Below, in pieces: positions 8,999-17,782 of a stretch of 64,000 bases of DNA. Made by a program: the position numbers and the translations under genes. Position 1 is the first letter of the stretch. Every line of letters starts with the position of its first letter. Source of the DNA: Candidatus Magasanikiibacteriota bacterium (GTDB lineage: Bacteria; Patescibacteriota; Patescibacteriia; Magasanikbacterales; GWA2-37-8); assembly GCA_041666745.1 (NCBI GenBank), contig JBAYGI010000002.1, positions 36,291-100,290 on the forward strand, written 5' to 3'. Below the pieces are notes generated by a model, which saw only the letters and a program-made list of their open reading frames with translations, searched no databases and had not been told where the DNA came from.

Positions 8999-9108
8999 TC
9001 AAAAAAACACAGGTTACAACCACCTTTTCGCTTTTTTTGCCCGCGAGGGCAAAAGGATGAGCCTCGGCTCATAACCCGCTCAAAGGTAATTGTAACCTGT
9101 GTTTTTTT
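8999..9108 (+). ncRNA. Unclassified structured RNA / terminator-embedded conserved element, copy 1 (A-run, 13-bp outer stem ACACAGGTTACAA/TTGTAACCTGTGT, ~70-nt conserved core with GCGA-tetraloop hairpin and CUCG hairpin, U-run)
   Basis: Near-identical core repeated at 41602-41671 with completely different but perfectly paired outer stem and compensatory changes in inner hairpin (TGCCC-GCGA-GGGCA vs CAGCC-GCGA-GGCTG). Confidence 0.5.
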
Positions 9109-9176
9109 CGTCAGTTTGCAATTTCTGCTGTAAATCGGTATTTTTTTATTCTTTGAAATGGTATATAATTGGTGGT

Positions 9177-11294
9177 ATGAATTTAGAATCTTCAGTATCA
9201 TCTTTAAATAGGGTGGGGGAGGCGGCGGTGAAGCGATTGGATAAAATCGGTATTCATACTATTGAGGACCTGATTTTTTATTTTCCATTTCGTTATGATG
9301 ATTATTGTGGAGTTTTGAAAATTAAAGATTTGCAAGAAGGGGCGATGGTTTCGGTGCGTGCTAAGGTGGAATTGATTGCCAATCGTCGTAGTTTTAAAAC
9401 TCATAAAATTTTGACTGAGGCTTTGGTGTCAGACGATACCGGAAGTTTGCGAATTATGTGGTTTAACCAGCCGTATGTTATCAAAAATATTAAGCCGGGT
9501 GATATTTTTTTGTTTACCGGTACTGTCAAGGCGGATATGTTGGGATTACAATTGATTGCCCCCAACTATGAACGCGCTGTTAGTTCAGAAAATGTTTTGA
9601 CCGCCAAATTGGTGCCGGTTTATTATCTTACCGCCGGTTTGTCGCAAAAACACTTGAGATTTTTAATGAAGCAGGCTCTTTTTGTTGCGCAAAGTTTACC
9701 GGATTATTTACCATCTGAAATTTTGGAGGAACAAGATTTTTTACCATTAAATTTGGCTTTGCAAAGAATTCATTTTCCAGAAGATGAAAACGATTTGGCT
9801 AATAGTCAAAAGAGGTTAAAGTTTGACGAATTATTTTTGATTCAATTAAAATCTGAATTATCACGACAAAAACGCCAGTTAGAGCAGGCGTCAAAAATTC
9901 AATTTAAAGAAAATGAAATAAAAGAATTGGTAAAAAGATTGCCGTTTACCTTAACAAAATCCCAAAAAATATCCACTTGGGAAATTTTGAAAGATTTAGA
10001 AAAAAATAATCCAATGAATCGGTTGTTGTCTGGCGATGTGGGGTCGGGCAAGACGGTAGTGGCGGCGATTAGTATGTATTGCGCGGTTTTAAATGGCTTT
10101 CAAACAATAATGATGGCACCGACGGAAATTTTGGCCAAACAACATTTTGAAAGTTTAGCAAAATTGTTGGGTAAAAATTTAAATATCGCGTTGTTGACGC
10201 GATCGCAGTTTTTGGGGTCAGTGAATAATCAAGTGATAGAATTTAAAAAGAAAAATTTAATTCAGTGTATCGGTGAAGGTCAATTTGAGGTGGTGCTTGG
10301 CACGCATGCTTTGTTGTCTGAAAAAATAGTTTTGAATAAATTGGCTTTGGTGGTGATAGATGAACAACATCGTTTTGGAGTGCAACAAAGAAAATTAATA
10401 AAAGAAAAAATTACCGGGCTGAATGGTTTGTCGGCGCATTTTTTGAGTATGACTGCGACCCCGATTCCGCGTTCTTTGGCGTTGACTATGTATGGTGATT
10501 TGGATTTATCTGTGATTGATGAAATGCCTATCGGTCGTAAGGCGGTGACTGCTCGTTTGGTGGAATCATACAACCGACAAAAGGCCTATGATTTTATCGC
10601 GGCACAGGTAAAAAAAGGACGTCAAGCTTTTGTGGTTTGTCCTTTGATTTTGCCAACAAACAATTTAACCGGTGATGATGTTGGTCAGTTGGCGCTGTTT
10701 GATTCCGCGAATGAAAAGAAAAGCGTAATGAAAGAATACGAATATTTGTCCAAACAAATTTTCCCAAATTTGAATATTGGATATTTGCACGGTAAGATGC
10801 CACCAAAAGAAAAAGATGCGATTATGGAAAAATTTAAAAAAGGTGAAATAAATATTTTAATTTCTACAGCGGTGGTGGAAGTGGGGATAGATATTCCCAA
10901 CGCCAGCGTGATGATGATTGAAGGGGCAGAGAGGTTTGGCTTGGCGCAACTGCATCAATTTCGTGGGCGAGTGGGTAGAGCCCAACATCAATCATATTGT
11001 TTGTTGTCTACTACCAATGAAACCAGCGGTGTCACTTTGGAAAGATTGAAGTTTTTTGAAAAAAATAACAGTGGATTTAAATTGGCGGAAAAAGATTTGG
11101 AAACTCGTGGACCGGGCGAAGTTTATGGTACTTCACAAAGTGGTCAGGAGATGTGGCGGTTGGCTCGTCCTACTGATTATGAATTGATAAAAATAGCCAG
11201 AACAATGGCAAAAAGATTTGCCATGAAGTTGAAAAAATATCCAAAGTTGAAGGAAAAAATAAAAGATTTTATTACAGAAACCCATTGGGAATAA
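9177..11294 (+). CDS. recG: ATP-dependent DNA helicase RecG
   Basis: 705 aa; N-terminal wedge domain, Walker A GDVGSGKTVVA, DEQH box (VIDEQHRFGV), helicase C domain; ATG at 9177. Confidence 0.9.
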   Translation: MNLESSVSSLNRVGEAAVKRLDKIGIHTIEDLIFYFPFRYDDYCGVLKIKDLQEGAMVSVRAKVELIANRRSFKTHKILTEALVSDDTGSLRIMWFNQPYVIKNIKPGDIFLFTGTVKADMLGLQLIAPNYERAVSSENVLTAKLVPVYYLTAGLSQKHLRFLMKQALFVAQSLPDYLPSEILEEQDFLPLNLALQRIHFPEDENDLANSQKRLKFDELFLIQLKSELSRQKRQLEQASKIQFKENEIKELVKRLPFTLTKSQKISTWEILKDLEKNNPMNRLLSGDVGSGKTVVAAISMYCAVLNGFQTIMMAPTEILAKQHFESLAKLLGKNLNIALLTRSQFLGSVNNQVIEFKKKNLIQCIGEGQFEVVLGTHALLSEKIVLNKLALVVIDEQHRFGVQQRKLIKEKITGLNGLSAHFLSMTATPIPRSLALTMYGDLDLSVIDEMPIGRKAVTARLVESYNRQKAYDFIAAQVKKGRQAFVVCPLILPTNNLTGDDVGQLALFDSANEKKSVMKEYEYLSKQIFPNLNIGYLHGKMPPKEKDAIMEKFKKGEINILISTAVVEVGIDIPNASVMMIEGAERFGLAQLHQFRGRVGRAQHQSYCLLSTTNETSGVTLERLKFFEKNNSGFKLAEKDLETRGPGEVYGTSQSGQEMWRLARPTDYELIKIARTMAKRFAMKLKKYPKLKEKIKDFITETHWE

Positions 11295-11304
11295 AGTAAA
11301 AAAA

Positions 11305-11337
11305 CCAGCCAAAGGGTTGACTTTTGGCTGGTTTTTG
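11305..11337 (+). terminator. Rho-independent terminator of recG (CCAGCCAAAG-loop-CTTTTGGCTGG + TTTTTG)
   Basis: Inverted repeat plus T-run immediately after recG stop. Confidence 0.6.
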
Positions 11338-11426
11338 TTTATAATGTCGACGTTTGGTGTTTGTCTGCAAAGTGTGGCGGAAGTTCCGTCGCTTGGTGTG
11401 GCTGCGCTAGACCAGAGGAGTAGAGA

Positions 11427-11723
11427 ATGGAAATCTGCTGTATCAAGTTGCCGCGTTTCGCGGTATCTACGGTGTCGAACGGCGAACCAGACCAGCTCAT
11501 ACATGTGAATGTGCGAGCAGGCCGGTATACCAAACAGGTCATCGTTCGAAGGGATGACGCGATTTCCCTGTTGAAGGGATATGCGGGCAACCGCACCATC
11601 GATTTCTACGACGCGCTCGATTCGGAAGTCCCGGCCGGACAGATTCTGGCCAAGGATATTCTCGCCGTCAATTTGCCACGGACATCAAGGAAACGGGACG
11701 GACTTTACCTTTGTGGCCGTTAG
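11427..11723 (+). CDS. Hypothetical 98-aa ORF inside GC-rich island (possibly non-coding)
   Basis: ATG ORF, GC3 ~65% unlike host genes; no recognisable domain. Confidence 0.2.
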   Translation: MEICCIKLPRFAVSTVSNGEPDQLIHVNVRAGRYTKQVIVRRDDAISLLKGYAGNRTIDFYDALDSEVPAGQILAKDILAVNLPRTSRKRDGLYLCGR

Positions 11724-11743
11724 GCGGCGGCTTCTCTGCTCGT

Positions 11744-11771
11744 AGGCCGCGGATCTCTCGATCCGCGGCCT
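11744..11771. terminator. Perfect 12-bp palindrome with 4-nt loop (AGGCCGCGGATC tctc GATCCGCGGCCT), likely bidirectional terminator between convergent transcription units
   Basis: Seen directly; located 10 nt from stop of minus-strand gene 11782..12387. Confidence 0.5.
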
Positions 11772-11781
11772 CAGCATTTAT

Positions 11782-12387
11782 TTAGGCGCTAAAGACGTAA
11801 GTTTTTTTCTCCGGATTTAATTTGTAAACTGTCCACGGTCCACTACCATATATTTTATCCAGTTCTTGTAACAAAGAACTTTTTTCATTACTGTGCACTA
11901 CCAACGTACGAGTGGTTTCATCGGCGTGGGCGACACTGTATGTTAAATCGATGGCTATATAATAACCTTTGTTGTGATTGGCCGGATCGGGTATTTCCAA
12001 CAGTCCAATACTGTGAAATTTAAAATGAGCAAAAGCGCCTTTGGTTGGATTTTCATTTTCCAAATCAGAATATTTGGCTTGAGGGTATCTTTCAAAAAAT
12101 TTTTTATCATCATCGTCGGTTTGGTTGACGAGCATTTTGCCAAAATCTTGGGTAGCACTACGACAATTGGCGGCATATTCTTTTTCGGTACCACGGTCGC
12201 CTCTCAAAGCAGTTCTATTTTTTGAACGATAAAATTGAGTAATTACTTCGTCGATATCAAGCATAATATTTTCTTTTTCCGGTCCTAGATCCAGACGGAC
12301 TTTTCCTTCGCGATCCAGATGTTGGGTAACCACTCGTGGTTTGTCTTTTGCTTCGATAGCTGTTCCATGTCTACGTTCGAAAGGCAT
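11782..12387 (-). CDS. Hypothetical protein (201 aa), last gene of long minus-strand operon
   Basis: Long ORF with host-like composition, 16 nt downstream of radA; no recognised motif. Confidence 0.5.
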   Translation of the reverse strand: MPFERRHGTAIEAKDKPRVVTQHLDREGKVRLDLGPEKENIMLDIDEVITQFYRSKNRTALRGDRGTEKEYAANCRSATQDFGKMLVNQTDDDDKKFFERYPQAKYSDLENENPTKGAFAHFKFHSIGLLEIPDPANHNKGYYIAIDLTYSVAHADETTRTLVVHSNEKSSLLQELDKIYGSGPWTVYKLNPEKKTYVFSA

Positions 12388-12403
12388 ATGGTTTGGTAAT
12401 AAA

Positions 12404-13759
12404 TTATTTTTGAATTATTTTTTCTACCACTTCCTGAACATTTTTTATCGGTGCTATTTTTAAACCGGTAATTTTTGGTAATTTTGAAGATAGTGGAACG
12501 ACCGCTATTTCCAGTCCTAGATTTTTTATTTCAGTTAATCTTTTTTCGGTATGGTTGACCGATCGAACCTCACCGCTTAATCCTACTTCGCCAAAGGCGG
12601 CCAAACCGGGTGGTAGGGTTTTGTCTTTTAATCCGGAAGCAATCGCCAATATGACCGCCAAGTCAGCGGCCGGTTCATCTGCGGTTAGACCACCAACAAC
12701 ATTTAAAAAAACATCATAACTGTCCAGTGGTAGTCCGGCTCGACGAGATAAAACACCAATCAGAACTTGTAATCGGTTCAAATCAAAACCGGAGGCGCGA
12801 CGTTGGGGGAAACCAAAATTGGTTTTGGTAACCAGTGCCTGAATTTCGATGAGCATTGGGCGAGTACCTTCCATGATGGCGGTGATAACTGTGCCGGACA
12901 CCGGTTCTTTTCTTTCAGAAATCATGACAGCGGACGGATTTTTCACTTCGACCAATCCGTCTTTTTCCATAGTAAATACACCGACTTCATCGGTTGGTCC
13001 AAAGCGATTTTTTGCCGCTCGCAAAATACGAAAATCATGGAAGCGGTCACCTTCGAGATAGAGGACAGTGTCCACTAAATGTTCCAAAGTTTTTGGTCCG
13101 GCCACACCACCATCTTTGGTAACCTGACCGACCAATATAAAAGTGATATTATTTTTTTTGGCTGCTTCCATGAGTTTCACGGTGCAAGCTCGCACTTGAG
13201 ATACATTGCCAGCCTCGCCTTCAACTTCGTCAGAATAAACTGTTTGAATGGAATCAATAATCGCCAGTTTGCATTTGCTGGATATGCTGGTAACAATAAT
13301 ACTTTCAATATTTGTAGTGCTGGCCAATTGTAAAGTAGAGGAAGTGATATTCAAACGTGAAGCGCGCATTTTTATTTGTTGGGTAGATTCTTCTCCGGAG
13401 AAATATATTGTTTCTGCAATAATATTGGCCAGTTGTAAAGCGAGGGTAGATTTACCGATGCCGGGTTCACCGCCAAGCAATATTAAACTCCCAGGGACTA
13501 TGCCACCACCCAACACTCTATCCAATTCAGAAATATTAGATTGAAAGCGTTTAAAATTTTGATTGGAAATTTCTTGAAGTTTTTCGGTTTTTATCGGGGA
13601 ATAATTTTTGGAAATGTCAGCCGTTTCTTTTTCTTTGTTGGTTGGCGCGTTCGTTTTTTCTACCGTGCCCCATTTTCCACATTCCAAACAACGCCCGGTC
13701 CATTTTTGGAATTGAGCGCCACAGTTGGAGCAGGTGAAAATAATTGGGTTATTTTTCAT
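12404..13759 (-). CDS. radA: DNA repair protein RadA/Sms
   Basis: N-terminal C4 zinc finger CSNCGAQFQKWTGRCLECGKWG, Walker A GGEPGIGKSTL, KNRFG motif, Lon-like C-terminal domain; ATG at 13759 (MKNNPIIF...). Confidence 0.9.
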   Translation of the reverse strand: MKNNPIIFTCSNCGAQFQKWTGRCLECGKWGTVEKTNAPTNKEKETADISKNYSPIKTEKLQEISNQNFKRFQSNISELDRVLGGGIVPGSLILLGGEPGIGKSTLALQLANIIAETIYFSGEESTQQIKMRASRLNITSSTLQLASTTNIESIIVTSISSKCKLAIIDSIQTVYSDEVEGEAGNVSQVRACTVKLMEAAKKNNITFILVGQVTKDGGVAGPKTLEHLVDTVLYLEGDRFHDFRILRAAKNRFGPTDEVGVFTMEKDGLVEVKNPSAVMISERKEPVSGTVITAIMEGTRPMLIEIQALVTKTNFGFPQRRASGFDLNRLQVLIGVLSRRAGLPLDSYDVFLNVVGGLTADEPAADLAVILAIASGLKDKTLPPGLAAFGEVGLSGEVRSVNHTEKRLTEIKNLGLEIAVVPLSSKLPKITGLKIAPIKNVQEVVEKIIQK

Positions 13760-13766
13760 GTGATAA

Positions 13767-15866
13767 TTATTTAACCGGACATCGTTCTGCGCCTTTGGCT
13801 GGTGGTATACATGGAGACAACCCTGTATAACCGGTAATACGACAATAATTTCCAGCTTTTTGTGCTTCAAAATGCCAATTTTCGGCGCCATATCTTACAA
13901 AACCGGCGCTATACATAATAGCAGAGAGGGCGGATACTCCTTGTAGATTGGCGTTGCATTGTTTTGATGCACTGAAAGCGCCATCAGAAAATACTTTACC
14001 ATCTTTCATTAATACTAAATCTACCGCATATCCGGTACCATGTGGAGAATTACCCGGTTTAGCGACACTACCGGATTTTACTCCTCCGGGTTCTTTATCC
14101 GCCAATGCTTTTTGAGAAGCTATACTCCTACATTTTGATCTTACTGAAATTACATATCCTTGAGCTGCCGCTTTTTTACCAGCGTTCATTAATTTATCGG
14201 CCGTTATTTTTAAAACAAAATTTTCTCTTAGATCTTTTTTTGCGACTACTGATAACCCCGGACATTTATTGTTTTTGCATGCAGCCACCATGTCAACCCA
14301 ATTTGATGGGGGAGCGGCGGGGTTGATTTTATCACAAGCACCTTTTTCGCCTTCTACCACTCCGCCAGCCATACCGGCCATGCCAGCTTCCATATCTGAG
14401 GTGTCAACGTCGTCAGGAAGATCTTGTTGTTCGATATATTGTACTTTCAACGCCTGAAAATTCACCAAATCCGGATTGATGGTATATAAAATTGTATAAG
14501 ATCCCCACGCAATCAGTAACCCTACCACAATTTGCCCGATTTTTTTAAAACCGTTGACACGTTCTTCACCACCCATAACTGTTATTTTTACTCCTACTAC
14601 AATTATCATTATCACCCCAATAATACTGATAGCCACCATGGCTACTTTGTAAATCGCCGACATGTATTCACCAATGTATGGGAGATGGAGAAACCCCTCA
14701 TCGTCCACACTATTTTCTACATCACTAAATTTTAGTTGAGGAATATTTATTTCTAGAACCGGTTTTCTGATTTGCAAATCGGCTGTGACACCAAAAAAAG
14801 ATATCGAACTTTTATATTTTTTCATTGAAGCTTCATCTAACCAGCAATAATTATCTTTACAAATACCGATTCCATCAAGACCGCTACAGTCGTTATCTAC
14901 TTGGCATTTTTTGTCACTTTTTGTGCAGGTAGTTGAACCGCAATTCATCATATCAGCGAAAGAGGTAACGTTGTCGGAATCTTTATAGGCACACAAATGG
15001 TAACTACCATCCAAAAAACAAGCACCAGCTTTTCCACTAGCCTGGCAGTCGGAGTCACTCTTACACTCACCAATAATGGTTAAAGTTTCTTTTGGATAGC
15101 ATATTTTATTTACACATATGGATGTTATTATTATTTCCCCAGATGAACAATCAGATTGTTGCGTACAGGTTTTAGTTTTTATATTTTTTATACATTCATC
15201 GTAAGTTTTATACAAAGTATTTGATCCGCAGTCATCAATTTTATTAGAGATACATTTATCGTCTACTTTACAAAATTGTCCCGTAGAAACTGTGGTTTTT
15301 TTAGTTTCGCATTTTTCTGATGTCAAAGTAGATGAATCGCCAAAATTAGTTACACCAGCTTTATTAAGAAAGAATTTATTTATCGTTGCTGAACACCCAC
15401 CACCTTTTTCTACTGGTACAGGTGTACAAGAAAAAGCTTGGTTAGTTTTGTTGTATGTTAAACAGTAAAATTCTTCTATAGTTAAGGGGTCTTTTACAAA
15501 TTCGCCATTTCCTAATAACATTTTTGTGCTTCGGCAGTAGTGCAAATTATAATCAAATGATTTGAAAGGAGATTTTTCACATTTCCAATCGCCACCATCT
15601 TTTGGTGTACCATACTCTGTGGTGCAATCCTCGTCTTTGTAGCAAGTACAAAAATACTGATTTTTTCCATCTTTTGTTAAGGTGGTTTCTTCACAATCTA
15701 GGTTGGCTCCTCCATATTCGCAATCAGTGTTGAGAATATCACTTACGCAAGGATCCCCAATTTTACTTTTGGCGGCCATGGCGCTATTTGGCAAAAATAC
15801 CAAAGCGAAGATTATTGCAAAAAATATTTTTATGATATTTTTATTTTTTGTCATATCATTTAACAA
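13767..15866 (-). CDS. Secreted Cys-rich protein (~50 Cys) with two TM helices and C-terminal peptidase M15 (VanY / LAS-type D,D- or L,D-peptidase) domain
   Basis: Signal peptide MTKNKNIIKIFFAIIFALVFLPNSAMA; many C-x4-6-D-C modules; TMs at ~aa 400-450; C-terminal SPHGTGYAVDL and ENWHFEA zinc-ligand motifs typical of M15 family. Confidence 0.7.
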   Translation of the reverse strand: MLNDMTKNKNIIKIFFAIIFALVFLPNSAMAAKSKIGDPCVSDILNTDCEYGGANLDCEETTLTKDGKNQYFCTCYKDEDCTTEYGTPKDGGDWKCEKSPFKSFDYNLHYCRSTKMLLGNGEFVKDPLTIEEFYCLTYNKTNQAFSCTPVPVEKGGGCSATINKFFLNKAGVTNFGDSSTLTSEKCETKKTTVSTGQFCKVDDKCISNKIDDCGSNTLYKTYDECIKNIKTKTCTQQSDCSSGEIIITSICVNKICYPKETLTIIGECKSDSDCQASGKAGACFLDGSYHLCAYKDSDNVTSFADMMNCGSTTCTKSDKKCQVDNDCSGLDGIGICKDNYCWLDEASMKKYKSSISFFGVTADLQIRKPVLEINIPQLKFSDVENSVDDEGFLHLPYIGEYMSAIYKVAMVAISIIGVIMIIVVGVKITVMGGEERVNGFKKIGQIVVGLLIAWGSYTILYTINPDLVNFQALKVQYIEQQDLPDDVDTSDMEAGMAGMAGGVVEGEKGACDKINPAAPPSNWVDMVAACKNNKCPGLSVVAKKDLRENFVLKITADKLMNAGKKAAAQGYVISVRSKCRSIASQKALADKEPGGVKSGSVAKPGNSPHGTGYAVDLVLMKDGKVFSDGAFSASKQCNANLQGVSALSAIMYSAGFVRYGAENWHFEAQKAGNYCRITGYTGLSPCIPPAKGAERCPVK

Positions 15867-16512
15867 TAAACTTCGTTAGCATCTCCGTAATATTTATGTC
15901 GTTTTCCAGATTGATTTTTTTGTTGTTCACATAAATTGTCGGAACTTGATCGATGCCGAGTGTCGTGGCCAGCGCGGTGGTGCGAGCGATTTTTTGCGTG
16001 GCTTCATCGGAGTTGGCGCATTGCCACCAACTTACCGTGTTTATTTTTAAACCGTCGGCAATTTTTGTGAGATCAGATTCGCTGGAAATATTTTTTTGAG
16101 TATTTAAAATATCCGTATACTGCCAATATTTTCCTTGTTTGCCGGCACAAAAGGCGCTACGGTGAGGAAGGTCGTTGATTTTGTAAAATAAATTTTTGCG
16201 AGGCATATCTTTTAAAAACAATCGGACATCTTGCGGGTGATCTCTGACAAATTTGGTGATTTCGTAGTATTTAAGTTTGCAGACCGGACAAGAAAAATCA
16301 CTAAACAACACTATCGTGAGTGGGGCACCCGGATTCCCAAGTATTTGATCATCGTTTTCTATTGGGATTTCATAAAAACCCTCGCTTAATATCGGAGTCG
16401 CGTTTGGTGTGACGGTAATTTTTTTGGTTTTAATTATTTGAGCGGCAAAAATTGAACCGGCGATGATTACCGCTAACAGCAATAATAAATAAAATTGTTT
16501 GGTTTTGTGCAT
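15856..16512 (-). CDS. DsbA/BdbD-like thiol-disulfide oxidoreductase (thioredoxin fold, CPVC active site), membrane-anchored
   Basis: N-terminal TM, ...LFSDFSCPVCKLKYYEI... CxxC motif; 11-nt overlap with downstream Cys-rich gene. Confidence 0.75.
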   Translation of the reverse strand: MHKTKQFYLLLLLAVIIAGSIFAAQIIKTKKITVTPNATPILSEGFYEIPIENDDQILGNPGAPLTIVLFSDFSCPVCKLKYYEITKFVRDHPQDVRLFLKDMPRKNLFYKINDLPHRSAFCAGKQGKYWQYTDILNTQKNISSESDLTKIADGLKINTVSWWQCANSDEATQKIARTTALATTLGIDQVPTIYVNNKKINLENDINITEMLTKFIVK

Positions 16513-16529
16513 ATTAGCGATAATTAAAA

Positions 16530-17768
16530 TTATAATTTAATTTCAAAGACACCATTTTGTAAAGTGTCGGTGAAGAAAACTTTATTTTTTGCTTGATCGT
16601 AATTAATATTTTTTATACTATAATCACCACCCAAAGACACGTTGGTTTTCAAGCCGGTTTTCAAATCAATTTTGTACATGTCATCGTTGTTGTAGGTAGC
16701 CACTTCCGGCATTATACCAGCTCCTTGTGGCAGGTCGCGTGGTACGGCGCAAAATAGGGTACTATCACCGGCAAAAGTACATTTGTCTGCCCAAGTATTT
16801 AGTTTTAACATTTGACGGTTATTACCAATGCTATCACCGTATGAGTCTGTTATCCAAAGCTCCGGTTTGAAATCACTGCGAGTGCTGTACACACTATACA
16901 AAAGTTTTTGACCAGTCGGTGACCATTGTGGTTGGAAACCCAACCCTTCAACAACTGTAGATTTAAAATTTTCTCCGTGTAGTCCAACAAACAATACTTC
17001 ACGTCTTTCGCCACCAAGCGCTTCACCGGTTTGAGAAAAGGCGACAGTCTGTCGGCTAGGCGACCAGTCAATCTGCACTTTGTCCGCGTTATTTCCCATT
17101 GGTTCTACCAGTGTGGTGCCACTACCATCATCGTTGACTGTGACTAACCAACGATTTTCCGGGGATAGGCCGATACTTTTGGCGGCGATTTGAGCGCCGT
17201 CAGGTGAAAAGGAAAATTCTTGCCAATGTTTTGGGAGAGTAGTTTGTTTTTGTTTTTCAAAATCATAAACAATTTTGGAACCATCCGGATATTCCAATAC
17301 TGCTTTGTCGTTTTTGCTTGCCCAAGTAGCGTTGCTGACATTATAAAAAGTCTGATCAGAAAGTGATTTGATTTGTCCATCACTGGTGAGACGATAAAAT
17401 TTGCCATCGGCAGAATTGTAATAGCGCATATTACCAGCTTGACTGAATCCAGGATAGGTCACAAAATCCGAAGTCAATTTGTTTACCGGTGCGGCTTGGA
17501 AGTAACCACCAGGAGTGACTTGAGGAATTGGTAGTGGAGCAGTTTCAACGCCCCGTTCCAGTTGTCCGCCTTCTCTTTTTTCAGCGGTAGTGGTCATGAT
17601 TCTTTCGCCAGCCCCCGGAAGTTGTCCGGCTTGTTCTGGTGTGATTTCAGCCGATGGAACCGTAGGGGTGGTCGCTTTTTTGAATAATGTATATAGACCA
17701 AAACCAATCAAGGCGGCTACGACTAGTAGGGCGATGATTAAAAGAATGCGTTTGAGAACTGGATTCAT
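16530..17768 (-). CDS. Membrane-anchored TolB-like / PD40 beta-propeller repeat protein
   Basis: N-terminal TM; repeated ...SPDG.../...WSP.GQ.. blades (FSFSPDGAQIAAKS, WSPSRQTVAFS, QWSPTGQKLLYS). Confidence 0.6.
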   Translation of the reverse strand: MNPVLKRILLIIALLVVAALIGFGLYTLFKKATTPTVPSAEITPEQAGQLPGAGERIMTTTAEKREGGQLERGVETAPLPIPQVTPGGYFQAAPVNKLTSDFVTYPGFSQAGNMRYYNSADGKFYRLTSDGQIKSLSDQTFYNVSNATWASKNDKAVLEYPDGSKIVYDFEKQKQTTLPKHWQEFSFSPDGAQIAAKSIGLSPENRWLVTVNDDGSGTTLVEPMGNNADKVQIDWSPSRQTVAFSQTGEALGGERREVLFVGLHGENFKSTVVEGLGFQPQWSPTGQKLLYSVYSTRSDFKPELWITDSYGDSIGNNRQMLKLNTWADKCTFAGDSTLFCAVPRDLPQGAGIMPEVATYNNDDMYKIDLKTGLKTNVSLGGDYSIKNINYDQAKNKVFFTDTLQNGVFEIKL

Positions 17769-17782
17769 ATATTTAAATTAAA

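Larger units (their letters stand above)
11340..11780. other. GC-rich (~55% est.) island in convergent intergenic space; nest of GC palindromes; contains a 98-aa ORF of atypical composition
   Basis: Abrupt composition shift relative to flanks; ORFs open in several frames on both strands; palindromes GCCGCGTTTCGCGG, GTCATCGTTCGAAGGGATGAC, AGGCCGCGGATC-TCTC-GATCCGCGGCCT. Confidence 0.4.

Noticed and set aside
8999-9108. Hammerhead ribozyme, retron msr/msd or MITE as identity of the repeated structured element
   Set aside because: GGAUGAG resembles but does not match the CUGAUGA core, and no GAAA follows the stem. No reverse transcriptase gene is adjacent. The terminal stems differ entirely between copies while the core is conserved, which is the opposite of a MITE.
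9099-9176. GTG-initiated N-terminal extension of recG (ORF track start 9099)
   Set aside because: GTG 9099 lies inside the outer stem and U-run of the structured element; ATG 9177 gives a normal RecG N-terminus.
11340-11780. tRNA, tmRNA, RNase P RNA or SRP RNA in the GC-rich island
   Set aside because: No canonical T-loop is present (GTCATC-GTTCGAAGG-GATGAC has a 9-nt loop and no G53-C61 pair). There is no GGAAAGUCCGG / ACAGAACCCGGCUUA P4 pair, no tmRNA tag frame, and no SRP domain IV motif that I could recognise by eye.
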